DNA of 64,000 bases, taken from assembly GCA_030529985.1 (NCBI GenBank), contig JAUMVV010000001.1, forward strand, positions 17,333 to 81,332, read 5' to 3'. The position numbers were made by a program, and so were the translations under genes. The stretch is from Bacillota bacterium (GTDB lineage Bacteria > Bacillota > Clostridia > Peptostreptococcales > Anaerovoracaceae). The notes under the pieces were generated by a model. That model was not told the DNA's origin. It worked only from the letters and a program-made list of their open reading frames with translations, and searched no databases. Of the stretch, positions 50,662-60,559 are shown in pieces (the first letter of the stretch is position 1; every line of letters starts with the position of its first letter).

Positions 50662-51672
50662 ATGAAAAATTCTAGATCCGATGCTTATGCAGCATCAGGC
50701 GTAGACATCACTGCCGGCTACAGAGCTGTGCAGTTAATGAAGGAACATGTTGCCGGTACCAAAACCGCAGGAGTACTTTCCGATGTAGGAGGCTTCGGCG
50801 GACTCTTCGCTCCGGACATGAAAGGTATAGAGGAGCCGGTTCTGGTCAGCGGAACAGACGGAGTGGGGACAAAGCTCAAGCTGGCCTTCGAACTGGACAA
50901 ACACGATACTATAGGGATCGACTGTGTTGCCATGTGCGTTAACGATATTATCTGTGCAGGGGCGAAGCCCCTCTTTTTCCTGGACTACATCGCATGCGGG
51001 AAGAATGTCCCGGCGAGAATTGCTGAAATAGTGAAGGGAGTTGCAGAGGGCTGTATTCAGTCCGGTGCAGCGCTTATAGGCGGAGAAACCGCAGAGATGC
51101 CCGGCTTCTATCCGGAGGATGAGTATGATCTGGCAGGTTTTGCGGTAGGTATGGCGGATAGGGCAAAGATGCCGGACAAGGAAAATGTGGAGGAAGGAGA
51201 TGTGATCATAGCACTTCCTTCAAGCGGCGTTCACTCAAACGGATTCTCCCTCGTCAGGAAGGTTTTCGATATCAGCACAGCGGACAGAGAACTGGCGGAG
51301 ACGCTGCTCACACCGACGAAGATATATGTGAAACCGCTGCTGGCTCTCATGGATAAGATGCAGATCAAGTCCGCAGCTCACATTACAGGCGGCGGTTTTT
51401 ACGAAAATATACCGAGAGCTCTCCCGGAAGGGCTGACAGCCGGGATAAGAAAAGAGGATGTCAGAATTCTTCCGGTCTTCCGGCAGATCGCCGGGGAAGG
51501 AAACATCTCGGAAAGGGATATGTTCAACACCTTCAACATGGGAGTGGGCATGATATGCATCGTTGAAAGGAGCAGGGCGGAAGAAGCTGTGGAGATTTTG
51601 CGGGAAAAGGGTGAAGAAGCCTATGTTCTCGGTGAAGTGGTAAAGGGCGATGAAGGAGTGATCCTATGGTAA
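50662..51672 (+). CDS. purM: AIR synthetase
   Basis: TDGVGTK, GGETAEMPG, SSGVHSNG, HITGGG, FNMGVG. Confidence 0.96.
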   Translation: MKNSRSDAYAASGVDITAGYRAVQLMKEHVAGTKTAGVLSDVGGFGGLFAPDMKGIEEPVLVSGTDGVGTKLKLAFELDKHDTIGIDCVAMCVNDIICAGAKPLFFLDYIACGKNVPARIAEIVKGVAEGCIQSGAALIGGETAEMPGFYPEDEYDLAGFAVGMADRAKMPDKENVEEGDVIIALPSSGVHSNGFSLVRKVFDISTADRELAETLLTPTKIYVKPLLALMDKMQIKSAAHITGGGFYENIPRALPEGLTAGIRKEDVRILPVFRQIAGEGNISERDMFNTFNMGVGMICIVERSRAEEAVEILREKGEEAYVLGEVVKGDEGVILW

Positions 51673-53009
51673 AAACAAAGATCGCGGTTCTGATTTCCGG
51701 AAACGGCACCAACCTGCAGGCACTGATAGATGCGCAGAGAAACGGCAAGCTTAGGCACGGCATAATAGAGCTGGTCATTTCCTCCAACTCCATCGCCTAC
51801 GGATTGAAGCGTGCGGAAAATGCGGGAATCAAAACAGCCGTTATAACAAAGAAGATGGCGGGCAGCCAGAGAGCCTTCGAAGAGGGGATAAGAGAGGAGC
51901 TGCAAAAGAACGGAACAGAGCTTATCGTTCTCGCCGGCTTCATGCAGATCTTGAGCAAAGCCTTCACGGATGCATATCCGGGGAGGATAATAAATGTTCA
52001 TCCTTCCCTTATTCCGGCCTTCTGCGGTAAGGGCTGCTACGGACTGAAGGTTCACCGGAAGGCGCTGGAATATGGAGTCAAAGTTACGGGAGCTACAGTT
52101 CACTATGTGAATGAGATCCCGGACGGCGGCAGGATCATTCTCCAGAAGCCGGTCAGGGTCAAGAAAGGAGACACTCCGGCAGTTCTGCAGAAGAGAGTGA
52201 TGGAGGAGGCCGAGTGGCAGATTCTGCCACAGGCAGCGGACATGGTTTCGAAGAGGATCATGAAGGAGAAGACGGCGGACATGGAAGCATACGAGAAGGA
52301 GCGAATAGATAAGCTGGTGGAGGATAATTCATATCCCGGCAGAGGAATAGTGATAGGGAGAACAGCGGATGGAGCAAAGGCAGTCAGTGCCTATTTCATC
52401 ATGGGAAGATCCGAAAACAGCAGAAACCGGATTTTCGTCAGGGAGGGGGAAGAACTCTTTACCAGAGCCTTTGATGAATCCAAGCTGGAGGATCCCTCTC
52501 TCATTATCTATGCGGCAATTCGCAGGATCGCAGACAAGCTTATAGTAACAAACGGCGATCAGACAGATACCATATACGATACACTCAAGGAGGGAGGAAG
52601 CTTCGAAGATGCACTTAAAAAGCGAAGCTTCGAGCCGGATTTTCCGAACATGACACCGAGAATCAGCGGGATGGTGCAGCTGGGAGAGGATGATTTCGAA
52701 TACAAGCTGAGCATCATAAAGAGCGCAACAAAAGACGGAACAAAAATCGCGAGGTATGTCTTTGACTATGAATCGGAACCGGGGCTGGGACACTTCATCC
52801 ATACTTATGTGTGCGACGGGGATCCGCTGCCCACCTTTGCAGGGGAACCGGAAAGAGTCGATATCTCCGATGACATTGCTTCATTCACGGAGAGGCTTTG
52901 GACAAGTCTGGACGAGGACAACAGGATCGCCCTTTATGTGAGATACACGGATGCCGTAACAGGCGAATATGAAGACAGGCTGATAAACAGGATGGAGAAA
53001 CAGGTATGA
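51666..53009 (+). CDS. purN: Fusion of GAR transformylase PurN and PurO-type IMP cyclohydrolase
   Basis: N-half SGNGTNLQA, LAGFM, NVHPSL, GATVH; C-half YPGRGIVIG, FIMGRSENSRNR, VTNGDQTD, TPRISG. Confidence 0.88.
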   Translation: MVKTKIAVLISGNGTNLQALIDAQRNGKLRHGIIELVISSNSIAYGLKRAENAGIKTAVITKKMAGSQRAFEEGIREELQKNGTELIVLAGFMQILSKAFTDAYPGRIINVHPSLIPAFCGKGCYGLKVHRKALEYGVKVTGATVHYVNEIPDGGRIILQKPVRVKKGDTPAVLQKRVMEEAEWQILPQAADMVSKRIMKEKTADMEAYEKERIDKLVEDNSYPGRGIVIGRTADGAKAVSAYFIMGRSENSRNRIFVREGEELFTRAFDESKLEDPSLIIYAAIRRIADKLIVTNGDQTDTIYDTLKEGGSFEDALKKRSFEPDFPNMTPRISGMVQLGEDDFEYKLSIIKSATKDGTKIARYVFDYESEPGLGHFIHTYVCDGDPLPTFAGEPERVDISDDIASFTERLWTSLDEDNRIALYVRYTDAVTGEYEDRLINRMEKQV

Positions 53010-54190
53010 AGGAATTTACATTGAAATACGGATGCAATCCGAATCAGAAGACGGCGAGAATCTACATGGAGGAGGGAAAGGAGCTTCCCATAAAAATCTT
53101 AAACGGCAGGCCGGGATATATCAATTTCCTGGATGCCTTTAACTCGTGGCAGCTGGTCAAGGAGCTGAAGGAAGCGACGGGGATGCCTGCAGCAGCATCC
53201 TTCAAGCATGTAAGTCCTACTTCCGCCGCAGTGGGAGAAAAACTGACAGACAGGATGAAGAGAGCCTATTTCGTGGATGACATCGAGGGGCTGGACGATT
53301 CCCCCATAGCCTGTGCATATGCCAGAGCCAGAGGAACAGACAGGCTCTGCTCCTTCGGAGACTTCATAGCACTGTCGGATATATGCGATGAAACCTGTGC
53401 GAGAATAATAAAGAGAGAGGTGTCCGACGGGGTGATCGCTCCGGGCTTTACGGATAAGGCGCTGGACATGCTGAACGGCAAGAAGAATGGAAACTACAGC
53501 ATTATTGAAATCGATCCGGAATATGAACCGGCGCAGCAGGAGACCCGACAGGTTTACGGAGTGACTTTCGAACAGACGCATAACAGCATCAGGATAGATG
53601 CAGGACTGCTGCAGAACATCGTGACCGCAAACAGAGCATTGCCCGAGGATAAGAAGAGGGACATGCTTATAGCCATGATAGCTCTGAAATACACCCAGTC
53701 AAATTCCGTATGCTTTGCTGCAGACGGCCAGTGCATAGGAATAGGAGCCGGACAGCAGTCCAGGATCCACTGCACGAGACTGGCGGCGGATAAGGCGGAT
53801 ACATGGCAGCTTAGAATGCACGACAAGGTGCTGGAACTGCCTTTCAAGGACAAATTGCCCAGAGCGGTAAGAGACAATGCCATAGACGGATATATCAACG
53901 AATACGAGGAGGATGTATGCGAGAAAGGCAACTGGCAGAAATATTTCAAATACCGGCCTGAACCGCTGACGGCCCGAGAAAAGAGGGAATATCTGGATTC
54001 CCGCAAGGGAGCGGTGCTGGCATCGGATGCATTCTTCCCCTTTGGCGACAGCATTGAGAGAGCCGCTCTGAGCGGGGCATCATATGTAGTTGAACCGGGG
54101 GGTTCCTTAAGAGACGACGATGTGATACAGGCTGCCGACAGGCACGGCATGGTAATGGTATTCAACGGAGTGAGACTGTTTCATCACTAA
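53006..54190 (+). CDS. purH: Monofunctional AICAR transformylase (no IMPCH domain)
   Basis: Begins at LKYGCNPNQ; SFKHVSP, KYTQSNS, GAGQQSRIHC, SDAFFPF, RLFHH. Confidence 0.92.
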   Translation: MKEFTLKYGCNPNQKTARIYMEEGKELPIKILNGRPGYINFLDAFNSWQLVKELKEATGMPAAASFKHVSPTSAAVGEKLTDRMKRAYFVDDIEGLDDSPIACAYARARGTDRLCSFGDFIALSDICDETCARIIKREVSDGVIAPGFTDKALDMLNGKKNGNYSIIEIDPEYEPAQQETRQVYGVTFEQTHNSIRIDAGLLQNIVTANRALPEDKKRDMLIAMIALKYTQSNSVCFAADGQCIGIGAGQQSRIHCTRLAADKADTWQLRMHDKVLELPFKDKLPRAVRDNAIDGYINEYEEDVCEKGNWQKYFKYRPEPLTAREKREYLDSRKGAVLASDAFFPFGDSIERAALSGASYVVEPGGSLRDDDVIQAADRHGMVMVFNGVRLFHH

Positions 54191-54220
54191 AAGGATGAAG
54201 GTATCGTGAAGGAGGAAGAA

Positions 54221-55492
54221 ATGAAAATCATGGTAGTAGGCGGCGGCGGCCGTGAACATGCAATAATCAAAAACCTCAGGAAAAGCCCGAAGGCGGAGGT
54301 GATATACGCTCTTCCCGGAAACGGCGGAATAGCTTCAGATGCGGAGTGCGCAGATATCAGGGCGACGGACATAGAAGCTGTTGTGGACTTCGCGAGAGCA
54401 AAGGCGATAGACTATGCGGTGGTGGCACCGGACGATCCTCTGGCTATGGGCTGCGTGGATGCCCTCAATGAAGCGGGCATCAGAGCCTTCGGACCGGATA
54501 AAAAGGCTGCGGAAATAGAGGCCAGCAAAATCTTCTCCAAGAACCTCATGAAGAAGTATGGGATCCCAACTGCCGGATATGAAGTCTTCGGGGAGTCCGG
54601 AGCAGCTCTGGAATATCTGAAGACCTCACCTGTTCCGGTTGTCATCAAGGCGGACGGTCTTGCTCTGGGCAAGGGAGTTGTAATCGCGGAGACGAGAGAA
54701 GAGGCTGCAGAGGCGGTACGCTCAATGATGGAGGAAAAGAAATTCGGCGACAGCGGAAACCGTATAGTGATAGAGGAGTTTCTCACGGGACCGGAGGTTT
54801 CCGTGCTGTCATTCACCGACGGCAAAACCCTGGTTCCTATGGTTTCATCCATGGATCACAAGCGTGCGCTGGATGGTGACAGAGGTCTTAACACGGGAGG
54901 AATGGGAGCAGTGGCACCGAACCCTTACTATACGGAGGAGATTGCGGAGCGCTGCATGAAGGAAATATTCCTTCCGACGATAGAGGCGATGAAGGCGGAA
55001 GGAAGGGTCTTCAAAGGTTGTCTGTATTTCGGGCTTATGCTGACAGAAGAGGGTCCTAAGGTGATAGAATACAACTGCAGATTCGGAGATCCTGAGACGC
55101 AGGTCGTCCTGCCTTTGCTGGAAAGCGATCTATTGGAAGTAATGGAGGCTGTTACCGACGGCAGGCTTTCGGAGACGGAGGTCAAATTCGCAGACAAGTG
55201 CGCCTGCTGTGTGGTGCTCGCTTCAGGAGGCTATCCGGGAAGCTATGAAAAGGGCTGCGAGATCACCATGGGACAGATGGACAGCAATGTGGAAGTCTTT
55301 GTTGCGGGAGCCTCTTTGCAGGATGAGATGCTGAAGACCTCCGGGGGGAGAGTTATGGGAGTTACTGCTGTGGCGGACACGCTGGCGGAAGCGATCGACT
55401 CAGCATACAGGAATGTGAAAAAGATAGAGTTTGAAAAAGTGCATTACAGAACGGATATCGGAAAGCGTGCTCTCGAGGCGGAAAGGAAGTAG
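54221..55492 (+). CDS. purD: GAR synthetase
   Basis: VGGGGREHA, KADGLALGKGV, DHKR, NTGGMG, RFGDPE. Confidence 0.96.
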   Translation: MKIMVVGGGGREHAIIKNLRKSPKAEVIYALPGNGGIASDAECADIRATDIEAVVDFARAKAIDYAVVAPDDPLAMGCVDALNEAGIRAFGPDKKAAEIEASKIFSKNLMKKYGIPTAGYEVFGESGAALEYLKTSPVPVVIKADGLALGKGVVIAETREEAAEAVRSMMEEKKFGDSGNRIVIEEFLTGPEVSVLSFTDGKTLVPMVSSMDHKRALDGDRGLNTGGMGAVAPNPYYTEEIAERCMKEIFLPTIEAMKAEGRVFKGCLYFGLMLTEEGPKVIEYNCRFGDPETQVVLPLLESDLLEVMEAVTDGRLSETEVKFADKCACCVVLASGGYPGSYEKGCEITMGQMDSNVEVFVAGASLQDEMLKTSGGRVMGVTAVADTLAEAIDSAYRNVKKIEFEKVHYRTDIGKRALEAERK

Positions 55493-55493
55493 C

Positions 55494-58400
55494 ATGGTTT
55501 ACAGAGTTTTTGTAGAGAAAAAAGAGGCGGTTGCAAATGAGGCAAAGGGGCTTCTGGAAGAACTCAGAACCTTTCTGGGAATAGAAGAGCTTGAAGCCGT
55601 GAGAGTTCTGAACAGATACGATGTTGAAGGAATTGAGGAAGAGCTGTTTGAAGAATGTACGGGCAGCGTGTTTTCGGAGCCGCAGGTCGACATAGTGTAC
55701 AGAACCCGGGGGCTGGAGCCTTCGGAATTTGATGCGGGTCGGGAAGCTGCTGCGGATGCAGGGAAAGAACTGCACATGTTTGCTGTAGAAGCTTTGCCGG
55801 GACAGTACGATCAGCGGGCGGACTCGGCAGCCCAGTGCATACAGATAATTTCACAGGGAGAACGACCTCTCGTGAAATGCGCCAAACTGTATATACTCGA
55901 GGGAAGGCTGAACCCGCGGGATATAGAGGCGGTCAGAGATTATGTGATAAATCCTGTCGAAATGCGGGAGGCTGCCCTTGATATGCCTGAGACCCTTAAG
56001 ACCGTTTACGACATCCCGAAAATGGTTGAAGTGCTTGAAGGTTTCAACGAAATGGATGAAGAGGAACTGAGAAAATTCATTGAGGACAGAGGTCTTGCCA
56101 TGGATATTGACGATATCCGCATGTGCCGGGATTACTTCAGAGAAGAGGGCAGAGCCCCAACCATAACGGAAATACGGATGATCGACACCTACTGGTCCGA
56201 CCATTGCAGGCATACGACCTTCAACACAGTAATAGATGAGGTGAGCTTCGAGGATGAAACTCTCAGCAAGGCATACGGGGAATATCTGGATATAAGAAAT
56301 CGTTTAGGAAGGAAAAAGCCTGTAACCCTTATGGACATAGGCACGATTGCAGCTAAGGCACTTAAGGCAGAGGGTCTGATGGATGGTCTGGACGAGTCCG
56401 AAGAGATCAACGCCTGCACTGTTAAGATCAAAGCGGTAATCGACGGCAGACAGGAAGACTGGTTGCTGCTCTTCAAGAACGAGACCCATAATCACCCGAC
56501 AGAGATAGAGCCTTTTGGCGGAGCGGCGACCTGCATAGGAGGAGCCATAAGAGACCCTCTCTCCGGCAGAGCATATGTATATACGGCAATGAGAATAACA
56601 GGGGCGGCGGATCCGCTGAAGCCTCTTAAGGAAACGATGAAGGGAAAGCTGCCGCAGAGGAAGCTGGTCACTTCGGCTGCAGACGGATATTCCTCCTACG
56701 GCAATCAGATAGGCGTGGCAACGGGCCTGGTTCAGGAGATCTACCACGATAGATATGCGGCCAAGAGGATGGAGCTGGGTGCAGTTATAGGAGCGGCACC
56801 GGCGGCAAATGTTGTTCGCGAGAAACCGGAGCCGGGAGATATCATCATCCTTCTGGGGGGAAGGACGGGTCGTGACGGCTGCGGCGGAGCAACGGGATCA
56901 TCCAAATCCCACGATGTAAGCTCACTGGAAAGCTGCGGAGCGGAGGTTCAGAAGGGCAACGCCCCTGAAGAGAGAAAGCTCCAGAGACTGTTCAGAAACG
57001 GCAAAGCTTCCCGCATGATAAAGCGCTGCAACGACTTCGGAGCAGGAGGCGTTTCCGTGGCAATAGGGGAGCTGGCCGAGGGACTGGACATCGACCTCGA
57101 TGTAGTGCCGAAGAAATATGAGGGGCTGGACGGGACGGAGCTGGCCATCAGCGAATCCCAGGAAAGAATGGCGGTGGTAATTGCTGCATCGGACAGGGAA
57201 GCCTTTTGCAGTCTGGCCGCCGATGAAAATCTGGAGGCGACAGTTGTTGCGGCTGTAACGGCAGAGCCTCGGCTCGTTATGCACTGGCAGGGCAGGAAGA
57301 TAGTGGACATTTCCCGCAGCTTCCTGGATTCAAATGGAGCGCCTAAACACATCAGGGTCAAAGCCGCTGCCGCGAAGGCAGACGCACTGAAGAGGGCGCT
57401 GCCTTCGGGAGAAGGCTTCGCCGGAAAGTATATGGCGCTTGCGGAGGATCTCAATATCTGCTCCCGGAAGGGTCTTTCGGAAAAATTTGATTCAACGATA
57501 GGTGCAGGAACGGTTGTGATGCCTTTTGGCGGGAAATACCAGATGACTCCTTCACAGAGCATGGTCCAGAAGATTTCCGCAGCGGACAGCACATCGCGAA
57601 CCTGCTCAATCATGTCGTGGGGATACGATCCCTTCATTTCGGAGAGAAGTCCTTTCCACGGCGCGTACCTGGCAGTTGTGGATTCAATGTGCAAGCTGGT
57701 CGCATCGGGGGGCGGAAGAGAGGCGTCATATCTGAGCTTTCAGGAATACTTTGAAAAGTTGGGAAGGGATTCTTCAAGATGGGGCAAGCCTTTCGCAGCA
57801 CTTCTGGGAGCACTGAAGGCGCAGATGGGACTTAAAGTTGCAGCTATAGGCGGCAAGGACTCCATGAGCGGCACTTTCGAGGATATCAATGTTCCGCCTA
57901 CTCTGGTCTCCTTCGCGGTCAGCACTGCGGATGTTGACGATATAATCACAGATGAATTCAAGGCGGCGGGGCACAGGGTCATACTCCTGGAGGCCGCGGA
58001 GGATGAGAACGGACTGCCGGGCACAGCTTCGCTGAAGGCAAATTTCGAAAAGATAAAGGCTCTGGGAGATGCGGGGAAAATCTATGCCGCATATGTTCCG
58101 GGCATGGGAGGAATCGCGGAAGCGGTGATGAAGATGTGCTTCGGCAACATGATAGGTTTCACCTTTGAGGATATGGATGAAGAGAAGCTGTTCGGGTACA
58201 GCTGCGGATCCTTTGTTCTGGAGGTTGCAGATGATGTTGAAGAGGGTGAACTCCTGGGACGCACCGAAGCGGAACCTGTTATCGCGAAGGGAGAGGAAAG
58301 CATTGAGCTTGAAAGGCTTCTTAAAGTCTACGAGGCGAAGCTGGAATCCGTATATCCATGCAATATAGATGCGGCGGAGCAGAACATACCCGAGATAACA

Positions 58401-59255
58401 TACAGGAGAGAAGAGCATGAGGGAGATATCTGCACTAAGGCAGCAATTGCCGTGGCAAGACCTAAGGTGCTTATTCCCGCCTTCCCGGGAACGAACTGCG
58501 AATACGATTCGGCAAGAGCCATGGAAGCAGCGGGAGCTGATGCTGAGATAATGCTTATCAGGAATATGAACGGGGAGGCCATAGCGCAGTCCGTCGAGGA
58601 CTTTGCGGAGGCGCTCAGGCAATCGCAGATGGTATTCATACCGGGAGGGTTTTCCGGAGGAGATGAGCCGGATGGTTCAGGCAAGTTCATTACCGCCTTC
58701 TTCAGAAACCCGGCGGTAAAAGAGGCGGTGGCAGATCTCATGGACAGGAGAGGCGGCCTCATGTGCGGAATCTGCAACGGATTTCAGGCACTGATAAAGC
58801 TGGGGCTTGTCCCTTATGGCAGGATAATCGACACCGACGAGAGCTGCCCGACCCTGACACTGAACGAGATAGGAAGGCACCAGTCAAGACTGGTCCGCAT
58901 CAGAGTAAGCTCGAACAAATCTCCTTGGCTTGCCGGTACGGAGACCGGCGAGGTTTTTACTGTGCCTGTATCCCACGGAGAAGGGCGGCTGCTGGCGGAT
59001 GAGGAGCTTCTGAAGAAGCTGGCCGCCGAAGGACAGATCGCGACCCAGTATGTGGATTTCGAGGGCAAACCTTCGGGAGATATCAGATTCAACCCTAACG
59101 GCTCTGCCTTTGCGATAGAGGGAATGACTTCGCCTGATGGCAGGATTTTCGGCAAGATGGGGCATACGGAGAGAACCGGTTACGGGCTCTATAAGAATGT
59201 GCCCGGAAACTATGATATGAAGATGTTCGAATCCGCCGTGAAATTCTTTGACTGA
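55494..59255 (+). CDS. purL: FGAM synthase (large fused type with C-terminal glutaminase)
   Basis: WSDHCRH, KNETHNHP, SESQERM, GGKDSMS, PGTNCE, GICNGFQ, SHGEG, MGHTER. Confidence 0.96.
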   Translation: MVYRVFVEKKEAVANEAKGLLEELRTFLGIEELEAVRVLNRYDVEGIEEELFEECTGSVFSEPQVDIVYRTRGLEPSEFDAGREAAADAGKELHMFAVEALPGQYDQRADSAAQCIQIISQGERPLVKCAKLYILEGRLNPRDIEAVRDYVINPVEMREAALDMPETLKTVYDIPKMVEVLEGFNEMDEEELRKFIEDRGLAMDIDDIRMCRDYFREEGRAPTITEIRMIDTYWSDHCRHTTFNTVIDEVSFEDETLSKAYGEYLDIRNRLGRKKPVTLMDIGTIAAKALKAEGLMDGLDESEEINACTVKIKAVIDGRQEDWLLLFKNETHNHPTEIEPFGGAATCIGGAIRDPLSGRAYVYTAMRITGAADPLKPLKETMKGKLPQRKLVTSAADGYSSYGNQIGVATGLVQEIYHDRYAAKRMELGAVIGAAPAANVVREKPEPGDIIILLGGRTGRDGCGGATGSSKSHDVSSLESCGAEVQKGNAPEERKLQRLFRNGKASRMIKRCNDFGAGGVSVAIGELAEGLDIDLDVVPKKYEGLDGTELAISESQERMAVVIAASDREAFCSLAADENLEATVVAAVTAEPRLVMHWQGRKIVDISRSFLDSNGAPKHIRVKAAAAKADALKRALPSGEGFAGKYMALAEDLNICSRKGLSEKFDSTIGAGTVVMPFGGKYQMTPSQSMVQKISAADSTSRTCSIMSWGYDPFISERSPFHGAYLAVVDSMCKLVASGGGREASYLSFQEYFEKLGRDSSRWGKPFAALLGALKAQMGLKVAAIGGKDSMSGTFEDINVPPTLVSFAVSTADVDDIITDEFKAAGHRVILLEAAEDENGLPGTASLKANFEKIKALGDAGKIYAAYVPGMGGIAEAVMKMCFGNMIGFTFEDMDEEKLFGYSCGSFVLEVADDVEEGELLGRTEAEPVIAKGEESIELERLLKVYEAKLESVYPCNIDAAEQNIPEITYRREEHEGDICTKAAIAVARPKVLIPAFPGTNCEYDSARAMEAAGADAEIMLIRNMNGEAIAQSVEDFAEALRQSQMVFIPGGFSGGDEPDGSGKFITAFFRNPAVKEAVADLMDRRGGLMCGICNGFQALIKLGLVPYGRIIDTDESCPTLTLNEIGRHQSRLVRIRVSSNKSPWLAGTETGEVFTVPVSHGEGRLLADEELLKKLAAEGQIATQYVDFEGKPSGDIRFNPNGSAFAIEGMTSPDGRIFGKMGHTERTGYGLYKNVPGNYDMKMFESAVKFFD

Positions 59256-59298
59256 AGGGCAAGGTAATGCCGTAAAATTTCTTTGAATTACATATAAA

Positions 59299-59342
59299 AT
59301 ATTCCGCATCGTCTTGACGGGCGTTGCGGAATATGGTATTTT
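59299..59342 (+). promoter_or_regulatory. Hairpin overlapping a putative pyr operon promoter
   Basis: ATATTCCGCA...TGCGGAATAT enclosing TTGACG (59314); TG-G-TATTTT 17 nt downstream. Confidence 0.55.
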
Positions 59343-59365
59343 AGGAAAAATGCCTGGGAGGAGTT

Positions 59366-60559
59366 ATGTTGACAGACAGAATAGGTAAAATCAAAAAAGG
59401 AAAGATTGTCGTAAATGGCGGAGGTGTTTGCAATCCGCCGGTGGCAGATTTTCCATTTTATGAATTTGATAATTGTTATATTTTACCCGGTTTCACAGAT
59501 GTACATGTTCATCTGAGAGAGCCGGGATTTTTTTATAAGGAAACGGTCAGAACGGGAACCGAAGCGGCGGCGGCAGGCGGATTCACCGGCATCTGCTCCA
59601 TGCCGAATCTGAAACCCTGTCCCGACACTGAAGAGGGGCTGCAGGTTCAGCTGGATGCAATCAGAGAGAGCGCCTGCATCAAAGTCTTCCCCTGCGGAGC
59701 GATCACCCGGGGACAGGAGGGCAGGAAGCTCGCCGAATTGAAGGCACTGGCCGGGGATGTTGTGGGTTTTACGGATGATGGATACGGACTGATGTCAGAT
59801 GAGCTGATGGAGAGAGCCATGACAGAGGCCGGAGAGCTGAAGAAAATAATCGTGGCACACTGCGAAGACGAAGGCTGGCCGAAGGATTCAAATGAGGCGG
59901 AATGGAAACAGCTGGAAAGGGATCTGAAGCTTGTCAGGAAAACAGGCTGCAGCTATCACATGTGTCACCTTTCGACGCGGGAAGGGGTGGAGCTGATAAG
60001 AGAGGCTAAGGTTGAAGGGCTGGATGTGAGCTGCGAAACGGCGCCCCACTATCTGACGCTTACAAGGGAGGATGTGGAGCGTGCCAAGGCGGAGGAGCCT
60101 AACCCGGGAAGGTTTAAGATGAACCCACCCATAAAGGGAGAAGAGGACAGGCAGGCACTGCTGGACGGAGTGAGAGACGGTACAATAGACATGATCGCAA
60201 CAGACCATGCACCTCATAGCAGAGAGGAAAAAAGCGGGAACTTTGCTGACTGCGCTTACGGTATTGTCGGTCTTGAAACGGCATTCCCGGTGCTGTACAC
60301 GAGACTGGTCAGGACAGGGGAGATCAGCCTGGAGAGGCTGGTGGAAATGATGAGCACAGCGCCGGCAAACCGCTTCGGGATCCTGAATGATTCTGACCGG
60401 GCCGTATGGAATCTTGACGAGGAATATGAGATAGATGCAGACAAATTCAGAAGCAAAGGCAGGAGTACTCCTTTCGAGGGCTGGCGAGTGAGGGGTCGGT
60501 GTCTTGCGGTATATTCCGGAGGAAGGGAAGTTTACAGATATGATAAGGACAGAGCTTAA
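59366..60559 (+). CDS. pyrC: Dihydroorotase
   Basis: DVHVHLREPG, MPN, KMNPP, ATDHAPH. Confidence 0.94.
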   Translation: MLTDRIGKIKKGKIVVNGGGVCNPPVADFPFYEFDNCYILPGFTDVHVHLREPGFFYKETVRTGTEAAAAGGFTGICSMPNLKPCPDTEEGLQVQLDAIRESACIKVFPCGAITRGQEGRKLAELKALAGDVVGFTDDGYGLMSDELMERAMTEAGELKKIIVAHCEDEGWPKDSNEAEWKQLERDLKLVRKTGCSYHMCHLSTREGVELIREAKVEGLDVSCETAPHYLTLTREDVERAKAEEPNPGRFKMNPPIKGEEDRQALLDGVRDGTIDMIATDHAPHSREEKSGNFADCAYGIVGLETAFPVLYTRLVRTGEISLERLVEMMSTAPANRFGILNDSDRAVWNLDEEYEIDADKFRSKGRSTPFEGWRVRGRCLAVYSGGREVYRYDKDRA

